Shown: in pieces, positions 1 to 8,659 of the stretch
How the letters are laid out: each line of letters starts with the position of its first letter
Numbering within the stretch: the first letter of the stretch is position 1
IMG/VR virus record: IMGVR_UViG_3300014613_000002
Location: 1-64,000 of that record
Strand: one strand, 5' to 3'
Length of the DNA stretch: 64,000 bases
Source: a virus
Taxonomy: Duplodnaviria > Caudoviricetes
Translations under genes and position numbers: made by a program
The notes under the pieces: model-generated
Database searches by the model: none
What the model was told of the DNA's origin: nothing
What the model saw: only the letters and a program-made list of their open reading frames with translations

Positions 1-20
1 AAGTATCAGCAAGGAAGATA

Positions 21-239
21 ATGGAAGAGCTTGCTGTCACTGGCAACTACCAGTTGGTTGAAAGGTCGGATGGTAGCATCATATACAGCAAGGATGAGGA
101 TGGGAAGCATATCAGCTTATCCGTGCGCAAAAATACCACTCGAAAGAGTTTGCGCAGATGGGAGCTGGTAAAGACAACTGACATCCTTGAGGTTGGCAAG
201 GATAGCATTAAGGCAAGGACATTGAAAGGAGGAAAGTAA
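21..239 (+). CDS. hypothetical protein
   Basis: ORF with AAGGAAG upstream, abutting next + strand gene. Confidence 0.55.
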   Translation: MEELAVTGNYQLVERSDGSIIYSKDEDGKHISLSVRKNTTRKSLRRWELVKTTDILEVGKDSIKARTLKGGK

Positions 240-971
240 ATGCCAAGAACAACAAGGGAAGATTTCGAGTTAGAAACAGGATTAGCTGACGATTTTGATG
301 GGTTGATAGTTGGTGCATATTTTGGTGTTAAGTCAGAATATGCTGCTATTGCAGGCACTAGTGACCCAATGATTATGCTCCAGTTGGAGAACCCAGAATT
401 CGAGCAACCTGTAGAGCAAGGTTGGGCTTGTGGTGGAGCGAAGCAATGGGAAATAGGTGAGGGAGGAAAGGAAATTGTTTCTGGAACCCGTCCAGAGAGC
501 CACAGGTTCAATATGAACAGCCGTGCTGGAAAGTTAGTAACTGCTATGTTTGAGCTTGTCGGTGGGGGCAACAAAGTAAAGGGCCAGGAGTTCTTCCAGA
601 AGAGAGACAAGTTCATGACTGAGAGCGGCTTCTATACTGACCTTAATTTCCACTGGAAGAGAGTGCCAATGACCACAGTTAGCGGAGAATCCAGAGATGT
701 GCTGATGCCAAATGCCTATTTGGGTGAGGTCAAGACTGCCGCCAAAGCTACTGCTCCAACAAAGGAAGTATCAGGAGACCTAGTGGACAAAGTAATCGCT
801 CTAGCCGAAGGCAAAACCGCAAGAGAACTGAAGCAGACAGTTGTTAAGGAGCTTGATAAAGCGGCACCTGGGTACAAAGAGATTATTGCTCTGGTTCTCA
901 GTGGCAAGCTAATAGAGGACTTGAAGGCTCAGGACAAACTTACCGAAGGCCCCGACGGAAAATTCATTTGA
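240..971 (+). CDS. hypothetical early protein (possibly ssDNA-binding/recombination-associated)
   Basis: 243 aa ORF after GGAGG; beta-rich N-terminal part, Ala/Lys/Thr linker, helical C-terminus; function is a guess from context. Confidence 0.7.
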   Translation: MPRTTREDFELETGLADDFDGLIVGAYFGVKSEYAAIAGTSDPMIMLQLENPEFEQPVEQGWACGGAKQWEIGEGGKEIVSGTRPESHRFNMNSRAGKLVTAMFELVGGGNKVKGQEFFQKRDKFMTESGFYTDLNFHWKRVPMTTVSGESRDVLMPNAYLGEVKTAAKATAPTKEVSGDLVDKVIALAEGKTARELKQTVVKELDKAAPGYKEIIALVLSGKLIEDLKAQDKLTEGPDGKFI

Positions 972-980
972 ATTTTAGTT

Positions 981-1003
981 CTGGACAACCCAACCTTGTC
1001 CAG
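981..1003. terminator. 8-bp hairpin after gene 240-971 (possible terminator, no U-tract)
   Basis: CTGGACAA-7nt-TTGTCCAG. Confidence 0.35.
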
Positions 1004-1006
1004 GGC

Positions 1007-1035
1007 TTGACAAAGGGTGATGAGTGTGATATAAT
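1007..1035 (+). promoter_or_regulatory. consensus sigma70 promoter with extended -10
   Basis: TTGACA (1007-1012), 17 nt, TGn-TATAAT (1030-1035). Confidence 0.9.
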
Positions 1036-1040
1036 AGTTA

Positions 1041-1552
1041 TATTAAGAACATTAAAAACTGGATAGAGGTTAATGAAGCCAATGAGTCCATGCCGTAAGG
1101 ACAAAACTGGGCAACAACAATCGAGCAGTCAACACCCGAAAGGGAAATAAGTCCCAGGCTGCTGGCTGGCAAGGGCTGGCTACCCGAAAGGGCGTGACAA
1201 GCTAATCTGCTAGCCACAGGGACAAAATGCTTGAGGGGTAGGACAGGCTAACTACTAGCCAGCAGGGAATTGCCAGTCACCCGAAAGGGCAGTATCACAC
1301 GAGTTCGTGGGCAGAAGTTATACAAGAGTATGAATGGTCTATGCCTTGAGACTGGCTGGCAATTCCTAGCCTGAGCCGAGCAGTGGTAGGTGCTACTGGT
1401 GGAGGCAAAGGGAATTAAATCTCTGACCCCTCAAAAAATAGGTGTAGCGTGTAGGTTCAGACAAGACAGAGAGTGAGGGTGCAATACTTTAGAAATGGCG
1501 AGAATATTAGCTCATTGGAGTAAAGGCTCACCAGCCCTCACCCTAGTCTGAA
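1041..1552 (+). ncRNA. large structured RNA or leader, unassigned family
   Basis: No ORF >=60 aa; three CCCGAAAGGG hairpins (1135, 1183, 1280); helices 1107-1111/1153-1157, 1163-1170/1209-1216, 1266-1276/1356-1366, 1231-1239/1426-1434, 1456-1462/1546-1552, 1473-1479/1535-1541. Confidence 0.7.
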
Positions 1553-1565
1553 TAAGGAGGAGAAA

Positions 1566-1850
1566 ATGAGAGGACAATTAACAGAGGGAATACAAGAACT
1601 TGCTAAAGGGTTTTTGGGTAGAGAAATTACTATCAGAGAACTCAGACTTTACCCATATCTAGACTACGTTATGAAAAATGACCAAAAAATAGAACCTATC
1701 CATATCAACGGTGAAGAGAGGAAAATTCTCCGAAAATTGAAGGAAGAAAACCATATTGAGGGTGGAGCTTCTGGGTTATCAATGACCAAAGAGTTTTATG
1801 ATTATATAAATCAGGTTCTCTGGTTTAGTTATGTGGTAGATGTTTATTAA
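1566..1850 (+). CDS. hypothetical phage protein
   Basis: AAGGAGG SD, 94 aa. Confidence 0.75.
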   Translation: MRGQLTEGIQELAKGFLGREITIRELRLYPYLDYVMKNDQKIEPIHINGEERKILRKLKEENHIEGGASGLSMTKEFYDYINQVLWFSYVVDVY

Positions 1851-1859
1851 AGGAGGAGC

Positions 1860-2117
1860 ATGAAATCTGAAGATACGGTGATGAGCGACACAGAGTTAAT
1901 GTCTTGGCATTTCAAGTCTTTAGAATCAAGACAAAGAATTGCCCAAGCCCAAGCTGAAATCTCCTTCAAGGCAGGGATAGTGAAAGGATTACAGTTGGCG
2001 AATCAAGTAGGACTTAACCATTTTATAGGTGACTTTACGACAGGAGAACATCATCCTACTTGCCAAGCCTGCAAGTTACTCAAGGAATGGGGAATAATAG
2101 AAGTAACTGAATATTAA
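1860..2117 (+). CDS. hypothetical phage protein (AQAEISFKAG module, C-terminal His/Cys)
   Basis: SD, operon context. Confidence 0.7.
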   Translation: MKSEDTVMSDTELMSWHFKSLESRQRIAQAQAEISFKAGIVKGLQLANQVGLNHFIGDFTTGEHHPTCQACKLLKEWGIIEVTEY

Positions 2118-2127
2118 AGGAGGAAAA

Positions 2128-2493
2128 ATGGAAGCTAATTATAATATTTTAGATGCTCCTTGTGTTTTCTGTGGATACAACGGGAAAGGTTATTGGCAAG
2201 TAGGAACACACAGTAAAAAGTGTCCTTTCAATGCTCTTGGTGGTATGGAGGAGAGACGGGGTGCCTTTCGAGATATTCTAGTTTCAAAAGAAGCCCAGGC
2301 TAAAATCTCTTTCGAGGCGGGGAAGGAAGAAGAACGAGCAAAATGGATTATTGAGACTAAATCGGGAAGCAGTAAAGCTTTCCTAAGCCTACCTATAGAG
2401 GAACGTAGAACGATATTAGCAAAGCAAGCACGGGACTTGGCAGATAGTATGGCAGATAGCCAAGCTAAAGAAGATTTGAAGATAATGGACTAG
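2128..2493 (+). CDS. hypothetical protein with N-terminal CxxC..H..C zinc motif
   Basis: SD; CVFCG...HSKKC. Confidence 0.7.
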   Translation: MEANYNILDAPCVFCGYNGKGYWQVGTHSKKCPFNALGGMEERRGAFRDILVSKEAQAKISFEAGKEEERAKWIIETKSGSSKAFLSLPIEERRTILAKQARDLADSMADSQAKEDLKIMD

Positions 2494-2774
2494 TGGCGAA
2501 CCCAACTAAAGAAATGGGGGATATAATGAAACCAACTCTTGAGGAGCAAATAGCAATTAGCAAATTAACTGATGAAGAGTGTCTTAAGCTGTTGCTACCT
2601 CACACCTTGCTAGGCAAGATAGACTACTGGATACATAATCATGCCTTGCTACTCTGGCGTTTGTATCGCTGGAACTGGTTTAATACATGGACTGGAGAGT
2701 GGGGTTTTAGGTTGTTTGTTAAACACAAATTCAAGGAGTGGGAGGAGAACAGTGAAAGCAGGAATGAGAACTGA
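2493..2774 (+). CDS. hypothetical protein
   Basis: ORF coupled to upstream stop. Confidence 0.55.
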   Translation: MANPTKEMGDIMKPTLEEQIAISKLTDEECLKLLLPHTLLGKIDYWIHNHALLLWRLYRWNWFNTWTGEWGFRLFVKHKFKEWEENSESRNEN

Positions 2775-2940
2775 GGACGAAATTAGGCAAGCTACAAGAG
2801 TTAGAGGACACCCACCCCTCACATCAGGACACGCCAGACTGTGACACTTGCACTGAGATAAGCACTCTTCGGTGGGTGATTGGAGAAGAAGAGTGGTAGT
2901 TACTCAGGTTGGTAATGGGTAAAAGTGAAAGGAGGTAATA

Positions 2941-3231
2941 ATGACTGATTTATTATTCGAAGACGATGAACTCGTGGCAAAGAGATTCTCCTGTGGTTGC
3001 CTTGGGCCGGGACACATGCTTGATGTCAGTGTTGAGATGGCTGATGAGGGCAAAAGATTTGTCGAGTGCAGTTTCGAGTTCTATATAACCAGCTATTTGC
3101 CACGGAAGCTCAGGCTAAAGCGGGCATGGGATATGCTGCGTGGCAAGGAAACTTGTGTATGCGACTTTCTGCTAAGGCCTGAAGATGCTGGCGAGCTGAT
3201 TGAACTGCTTGAGAAGGTGAGAGTTAAATGA
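2941..3231 (+). CDS. hypothetical phage protein
   Basis: AAAGGAGG SD, 96 aa. Confidence 0.75.
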   Translation: MTDLLFEDDELVAKRFSCGCLGPGHMLDVSVEMADEGKRFVECSFEFYITSYLPRKLRLKRAWDMLRGKETCVCDFLLRPEDAGELIELLEKVRVK

Positions 3232-3350
3232 ATGTTTATCGAATGAGCAATGCTGGATGCCAGCGGGCAATAGCCGCAGAGAAATTGGGGATTATACAAT
3301 TGACAACAGATGTAGACATATATTACAATGGGAACAATAAGAATCGATAA
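3228..3350 (+). pseudogene. displaced 5' remnant of the Cas4-like exonuclease gene
   Basis: Manual translation MNVYRMSNAGCQRAIAAEKLG... resembles YCRISQCGQCSRVLVARRLD at the start of 4128-5087; ATGA-coupled to the upstream gene. Confidence 0.55.
3300..3329 (+). promoter_or_regulatory. sigma70-like promoter of the HNH cassette
   Basis: TTGACA-18-TACAAT. Confidence 0.5.
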
Positions 3351-3507
3351 TAATACTAAAAAGCAACTTGATGAACTACGGCACGAAGGGCAATCCTATA
3401 GAGGCATAATTCAGGAGCTATTGAACTTTTACCATAAGGAAAATATAAATGCACAAAAACTTCAAAAATCCCGAGTTACGAAACAAGCGAGTATCGGAGG
3501 GTCTTAA
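3328..3507 (+). CDS. small ribbon-helix-helix-like DNA-binding protein (59 aa, below ORF-track cutoff)
   Basis: MGTIRIDNNTKKQLDELRHEGQSYRGIIQELL fits the RHH strand-helix-helix pattern. Confidence 0.55.
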   Translation: MGTIRIDNNTKKQLDELRHEGQSYRGIIQELLNFYHKENINAQKLQKSRVTKQASIGGS

Positions 3508-4156
3508 GAAATTTTGGAATAATCTCTCACCAGTAGACCGCCAATCCTTTGTAGCTAAAATAACTCAAAACAGGAAATATAAACCGAGAAGGAGAGACAA
3601 AATTAGTAAAGAATTATTAACAGACCTCTATTATAATCAAGGTCTTTCCCTACCTCAAATATCACAACAATTAAATATACATGCTTGGGAGATTGAAGCA
3701 CGGATGGATAATTTAGGTCTGGCTAGAAGAAGCATAGCTGAAGGTATATCTCTCAGACACAAGAATGACAGAAAGCAAGGATTTAGCACAAATTACCGCT
3801 GGAAAGGCTGGAAGAAACAAAGATGCGATGGATATATATCTGTGGTAGACCCAAGATTTTTCCCAGAGGAGGTAATTTATATTCAAGAACACAGGTTAGT
3901 TTGGGAGCAAACCCACAACAGAAAATTAGCTAAGGGATGGATTGTTCATCATATAAATGGCACTAGGGATGACAACAGACCTGAAAATTTAATAGCTATG
4001 CCTGACAGAAGACACAAGGCTCTTTTAACGGTCAGAGCAGAAAAAATCAGGCATCTTGAAGCAGAAGTTGGGAAACTGCAGAAAGCACTTACAAGCAAAC
4101 AGTTAATTTTTGATATAGGAGTGCAAAATGTTTATAGAGCATCTACGGATAACTAG
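3449..4156 (+). CDS. HNH homing endonuclease (HNH_3 type)
   Basis: EHRLVWEQ...IVHHINGTRDDNRPENL. Confidence 0.9.
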   Translation: MHKNFKNPELRNKRVSEGLKKFWNNLSPVDRQSFVAKITQNRKYKPRRRDKISKELLTDLYYNQGLSLPQISQQLNIHAWEIEARMDNLGLARRSIAEGISLRHKNDRKQGFSTNYRWKGWKKQRCDGYISVVDPRFFPEEVIYIQEHRLVWEQTHNRKLAKGWIVHHINGTRDDNRPENLIAMPDRRHKALLTVRAEKIRHLEAEVGKLQKALTSKQLIFDIGVQNVYRASTDN

Positions 4157-5087
4157 TGAGCCTGAGACTCCTTACCAATATTGTAGAATAAGCCAATGTG
4201 GTCAATGTTCTAGAGTGCTGGTTGCTCGAAGGCTTGATTACGAGCCAATACCTTACTCGGCGACTCAACTTGCCATATTTAAGGATGGCAAAGCTATTGA
4301 AGATTCTATACTAACTGAACTAGAAGCTAAAGGAACACCAATTGCAGATAGGCAGAAAGAAGTCAAATATGTATTTTCTGAGATATTCCCTCCACTTATA
4401 GGACATATTGATGCTTTGTCTGGCAATACACTCATTGAGATTAAGAGCTTTAACCGATTCAGCTTTCAGAAACTACAAAGAGATAAATGGGATGCTATAC
4501 CAGAATATCTTGCTCAGATAAATACTTATTTGCTCTGCCTAAAAGATAATATAACCAAAGCTGTGCTTATAGGTAAATGCAAGGATACATCCGAACTCAT
4601 TGAGCTTGAGTGGGAATTTAATCAAGAATTAGCAGATAAAATCATAGACAAATTGATAAACATTGAGTTATACATTCAAGATGGGGAGCTACCCACTGGC
4701 GAATTTGAGGAAGGGAGCAACCAATGTCGTTGGTGCAAATTTAGGTTCTTGTGCTTGCGTGAGGAGAAAGAGGAGAAAGATGCCAAGGAAGAAACCTTGC
4801 CCAATTTAGTTGATGCTGCCTCCCAATATCGGGAGGGAGACGAGTTGGAGAAACAGGGCAAGTCCATGAAGGAGAGTGCCAAAGAAACCTTCCTTAATCA
4901 TGCCACAAGCAATAAAATCGATAAGTTCAAAACAGGCGGCGTAAGTATCAGCTACTTAGGCCAAAAGACGAAAGAATATTTTGACGAGAAGTTACTGAGA
5001 GAACTTGTCCCTAAGGAAATAATAGAGAAAGTCACCAAGGTAACAAAGCCATGGGAGGATATAAGAATCAGAATTTTGAAAGCTTAG
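4128..5087 (+). CDS. Cas4-like PD-(D/E)xK exonuclease with Cys cluster
   Basis: GHIDAL..LIEIKS, QINTY, N-terminal Cys plus CRWCKFRFLC. Confidence 0.85.
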   Translation: MFIEHLRITSEPETPYQYCRISQCGQCSRVLVARRLDYEPIPYSATQLAIFKDGKAIEDSILTELEAKGTPIADRQKEVKYVFSEIFPPLIGHIDALSGNTLIEIKSFNRFSFQKLQRDKWDAIPEYLAQINTYLLCLKDNITKAVLIGKCKDTSELIELEWEFNQELADKIIDKLINIELYIQDGELPTGEFEEGSNQCRWCKFRFLCLREEKEEKDAKEETLPNLVDAASQYREGDELEKQGKSMKESAKETFLNHATSNKIDKFKTGGVSISYLGQKTKEYFDEKLLRELVPKEIIEKVTKVTKPWEDIRIRILKA

Positions 5088-5096
5088 GAGGATAAA

Positions 5097-5435
5097 ATGA
5101 GTCAAGTAATAAGAACCTGGATTGATTTGATTTGCTCACAGTGCTACTCAGTTATCGATGCAAGAATGCCCAATGATGAATATGACAAATGGCTTAGAGA
5201 AGGTGATGGTACTATCTTCTGTGAAAAGTGCGGTGATTATGTCTTCCCGATAGATATTATGAAGCAGGAATACGATACTAGAGAATCGCCTTCCGAGGGA
5301 GCACAAGCTATCCAAGGAGACATTGAGCATGGTGTGGAGATACTCCACATAGGCGGTGCTGGTATAACCCACAATCTTGAGCCAGAGCCTACTGGAACTA
5401 TAAGTAGGACTTATCATTATAATGCAAATTTTTAG
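5097..5435 (+). CDS. zinc-finger protein
   Basis: CSQC...CEKC, SD. Confidence 0.65.
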   Translation: MSQVIRTWIDLICSQCYSVIDARMPNDEYDKWLREGDGTIFCEKCGDYVFPIDIMKQEYDTRESPSEGAQAIQGDIEHGVEILHIGGAGITHNLEPEPTGTISRTYHYNANF

Positions 5436-5447
5436 GAAGGAGGGAAA

Positions 5448-5981
5448 ATGAAAGCAATCCTAGACCAAGAAGCAATCAAGATAGCTTATATGGCTAGTAA
5501 GAAACCAGAAAGACCTGTCCTAACCTCTTGTAAAATAGGGGAAGGAAAGATAGTTGCCTGTGACGGTTATATATTAGCAGAAAGACCGATACCAACCGAA
5601 CCTGAAACTGGTGAATCAATTCTAGTAGGAGCCAATGATATTATAAGAGCAGCAAAAATGTGGAGAGTAAAGAATCTTACCATAGAATCTGTTGATGCTA
5701 GTCAAGCTACAATTTCCTATTCAGATGATATTTATAACTACAGTATGAAAACTCATCTCATACAAGGGCAGTATCCTCACTATGAGCGTAATTATCCCAC
5801 TACGGAAAGAAAAGCTTATGTAGCTTTGAATGCTCAATTATTGAATAGGATGCTTAAAGTTGCCGAATCAGGCACCATTATTATTAAACTGAAAATCAGA
5901 GAACCACATGAAATTGTTGAGTTCATTACTAATGAGACAAAAGGGCTGATAATGCCTATGAATGTTGGCGAAAACGACTAA
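5448..5981 (+). CDS. truncated DNA polymerase III beta-clamp-like protein
   Basis: RPVLTSC..., IVACDGYILA and LIQGQYPHYERNYP resemble DnaN ATDGHRLA and LIDG-YPDY motifs; 177 aa. Confidence 0.7.
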   Translation: MKAILDQEAIKIAYMASKKPERPVLTSCKIGEGKIVACDGYILAERPIPTEPETGESILVGANDIIRAAKMWRVKNLTIESVDASQATISYSDDIYNYSMKTHLIQGQYPHYERNYPTTERKAYVALNAQLLNRMLKVAESGTIIIKLKIREPHEIVEFITNETKGLIMPMNVGEND

Positions 5982-6387
5982 TAAAGGAGGAGAAATGACA
6001 ACAATGGAATGGGAAAAAGAACCAAATAGAATGGACTGGGAATATTGTGGATTCAAATGCTTAATTTTGAGGAGTCCTGAAATGAAGCATCTATGTGGAT
6101 ATGTGGGATTACCGAAATGGCATCCCTACTATAAGAAAGAGTATAATGATGTTGATGTTGAAGTTCATGGTGGATTAACTTTTTCTCGTGAAGGAAGTGG
6201 AGATAAATGGGAAAAAGATTACTGGTGGATTGGATTTGATTGTGCTCATATTGGCGATTTAGTGCCAGAAATGGAGAAAATAAGCAGGCAACTAAATTTC
6301 CCGAAAGGTTACGAAACATACCGAAACATAGACTATGTAAGAAACGAAACTGAAAGATTAGTTGAGCAGATAAAGGAGGGAAAATGA
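5962..6387 (+). CDS. conserved phage hypothetical protein (likely start 5994)
   Basis: HLCGYV...VHGGLTFS...WWIGFDCAH motif set seen in many phages. Confidence 0.8.
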   Translation: MLAKTTNKGGEMTTMEWEKEPNRMDWEYCGFKCLILRSPEMKHLCGYVGLPKWHPYYKKEYNDVDVEVHGGLTFSREGSGDKWEKDYWWIGFDCAHIGDLVPEMEKISRQLNFPKGYETYRNIDYVRNETERLVEQIKEGK

Positions 6388-7133
6388 AAGAAAGAATACT
6401 ACTTGAGGGACCGCCTGGCTCGGGGAAAAGCTACCAGCTGATAAAGTTGGCCCAATTCCTCAATGACTACAAAATCCCCATCTATGTGATAGACCTAGAG
6501 GACAAGCTGGAGGCCACCTTGCTGGGTCTCGGTGGAATCCCCGGCAATATGAAACTGTATGCCAGCTTCACCTGGGATGAGGCAATTGACGACAACATTG
6601 GGGGCATGAAGCAGGTTGTCGACAAAATAGGCGAAGCAGTACACCCTGGAGACTGGATTGCGGTAGACAGGGCCGACTTGATGTGGCCCAGGGTGCAGTC
6701 ATGGTTCACACAAGAAAAGTACAAGGAAAGTATGGCCGACAAGATGATGGAGACATCCAAGAAGATGACAAAATCCTCAATGTTTATACCCCGCTTTGAC
6801 CAAGGAAGCTGGCAAGTCATCAATGAGCAATATGACACTCTCATGTTTAAAATACTGTACAAGTCCAGATGCAATATCCTGCTAACCACTGGAATAAAAG
6901 GAGCTGATGAGAATAGCCCGACTGACATAGGAAGGCTGGGCATACTTCCAAGAGGGCAAAAAGAGATAGGCCACCAGCCTCATTCTGTGTTTTTGCTCAC
7001 CCAGCAGAAGAGAGGGAGAGATGTAACTTGGCACATCACGACGGACAAAGATTTGCCGGGCCGTGAGCTTTTTGAGCGTGATGAACTTTGGGATTTTAGT
7101 ATTCAATATTTAAGTTTACACTATACTCCTTAA
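6384..7133 (+). CDS. AAA-family ATPase (AAA_24-like, recombination-associated)
   Basis: Walker A GPPGSGKS; IAVD Walker-B-like; context with Cas4-like nuclease. Confidence 0.85.
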   Translation: MKERILLEGPPGSGKSYQLIKLAQFLNDYKIPIYVIDLEDKLEATLLGLGGIPGNMKLYASFTWDEAIDDNIGGMKQVVDKIGEAVHPGDWIAVDRADLMWPRVQSWFTQEKYKESMADKMMETSKKMTKSSMFIPRFDQGSWQVINEQYDTLMFKILYKSRCNILLTTGIKGADENSPTDIGRLGILPRGQKEIGHQPHSVFLLTQQKRGRDVTWHITTDKDLPGRELFERDELWDFSIQYLSLHYTP

Positions 7134-7170
7134 TTTGAATTTGTATTATATTCTTTAAAAAGGAAGGAAA

Positions 7171-8049
7171 ATGGGTTTTCCAAAAGGAAGCATTGAAGCT
7201 AAAAATATTGCTCTAAAAGCTTGGGAAACAAAGCGAAAAAGAGGAACAGACCACTGGATTTTATCCCAGTTAGCAAAAGATAATCATAGTAAAGCAATGC
7301 AAGGAAAAAATAAAGGACGAGTTCCCTGGAACAAAAACTTAACAAAAGAAGTCGATAGCAGAATAAGAAGTATCCTATGTCCTGGGGAAAAGAAAACCAA
7401 AATATCACTAGCTAATCTAAAAGTTTTAGGAACCAAAGAACACAAAAACCAACAATCAAAGATGATGAAAGAGATGTGGCAAACCCCCAACTATAAGAAG
7501 CATCATAGAGAAGCAGAACAAAAAAGACAAAAGGAAGGAAGATATAAATGGCAACCCAATAGTAAACAATGGGAAAGCTCTATTCGCTTTGGTAAGAAAA
7601 ATCCTAATTGGGGAAAACCTAGAACTAAGGAAACTAAAAGCAAAATAGGCAAAGCCAATTCAATACAGATGAAGAGATTGTGGCAAATTATAGAATATGC
7701 GACTAACCAGATGAAAGCAATTCATTCTAAACCAAATAAAGCTGAACTAGCTTTACAGGGTATATTAGATGATTGTTTTCCAAACGATTGGAGATATACA
7801 GGTGATGGCTCACTGATAATAGGTGGTAAGTGTCCAGATTTTAGCAATATCAATGGAAGGAAAGTCCTGATAGAATTGTTTGGTGACTATTGGCATAGAA
7901 ACGAAGACCCGCAAGATAAAATTAACTATTACAAAAAATACGGTTATGATTGCTTGGTGATATGGGAACACGAACTAAAAGATGAAGAAGCACTAAAGCA
8001 GAAGATTATGCAGTATTTGCCCCAGTATTATCAGCCAAGCAAGAAATAA
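7171..8049 (+). CDS. NUMOD3-repeat + Vsr/DUF559-like homing endonuclease
   Basis: GKKNPNWGK repeats; PDF..IELFGDYWH..GYDCLVIWEHEL. Confidence 0.85.
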   Translation: MGFPKGSIEAKNIALKAWETKRKRGTDHWILSQLAKDNHSKAMQGKNKGRVPWNKNLTKEVDSRIRSILCPGEKKTKISLANLKVLGTKEHKNQQSKMMKEMWQTPNYKKHHREAEQKRQKEGRYKWQPNSKQWESSIRFGKKNPNWGKPRTKETKSKIGKANSIQMKRLWQIIEYATNQMKAIHSKPNKAELALQGILDDCFPNDWRYTGDGSLIIGGKCPDFSNINGRKVLIELFGDYWHRNEDPQDKINYYKKYGYDCLVIWEHELKDEEALKQKIMQYLPQYYQPSKK

Positions 8050-8058
8050 GGAAAGGAG

Positions 8059-8268
8059 GTGAATATGGTAGAAGGCGAAATGTCAAAAAGGTTAGCACAG
8101 GTAGCGTACGATAAGGCCGAAGCACAAGCATGGGAAACCTACAACAAGGCCATAGAACAGGCAGATGCAGATTGTCAGAAGGCCAAGGTAGAGGCAGAGG
8201 CAACCTACTATAAGGTCAAAGCACAGGCACGGGAAATTTTCATGAAGGCGAAAGGAGGTGAACTATGA
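8059..8268 (+). CDS. hypothetical helical-repeat protein
   Basis: SD; ~11-residue Ala/Lys/Glu repeats. Confidence 0.65.
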   Translation: MNMVEGEMSKRLAQVAYDKAEAQAWETYNKAIEQADADCQKAKVEAEATYYKVKAQAREIFMKAKGGEL

Positions 8269-8465
8269 TAACAGCCTGTCCTAAAGGTTGCTGGCCTGAG
8301 TGCGATATTAAAATTGAGGAGGAACACGCTCTCAAAATGCTGCATGAGGTTAGAGATAAAATATATGAGGATTTATTAAAGAAAGGGGTAATTGATGGGA
8401 GTATCCCCAAAGAGCATTACTACCCAATTGATTTATGGAAAATAGCAGAAGGAGGCGGAAATTGA
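8265..8465 (+). CDS. hypothetical protein
   Basis: AAAGGAGGTG SD. Confidence 0.65.
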   Translation: MITACPKGCWPECDIKIEEEHALKMLHEVRDKIYEDLLKKGVIDGSIPKEHYYPIDLWKIAEGGGN

Positions 8466-8644
8466 CAATCGAAAAAGCTATCGAGATTAAACTCCGCACG
8501 GGAGAGGAATTTCTTAAAACTGACCCTGAAGATATAGATGAGGCTGATAGGCTCAGCATAGAAGCCATGAAACGCATTGTATACCTTCGTAAGGATATGG
8601 ATTGCCCTCATTGGATGACACTGCCAGGCGAGGCAAATAAATAG
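8435..8644 (+). CDS. hypothetical protein
   Basis: operon context. Confidence 0.5.
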   Translation: MENSRRRRKLTIEKAIEIKLRTGEEFLKTDPEDIDEADRLSIEAMKRIVYLRKDMDCPHWMTLPGEANK

Positions 8645-8659
8645 GAAAGGAGGTGAACT

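Noticed and set aside
1374-1410. GAGCCG start resembling group II intron domain V
   Set aside because: No CGGUUC partner strand, no domain VI or GUGCG 5' end, and no reverse transcriptase.
1126-1470. Fragments resembling group I intron Q/R/S elements or the HEARO/omega-RNA 5' end (GUCAAC-ACCC)
   Set aside because: Elements are out of order or too short; there is no interrupted gene and no IscB/TnpB nearby.
1497-1530. tRNA D-arm-like TAGCTCATTGGAGTAAAG
   Set aside because: No T-arm, acceptor stem or CCA; it lies inside the terminal hairpin of the large RNA.
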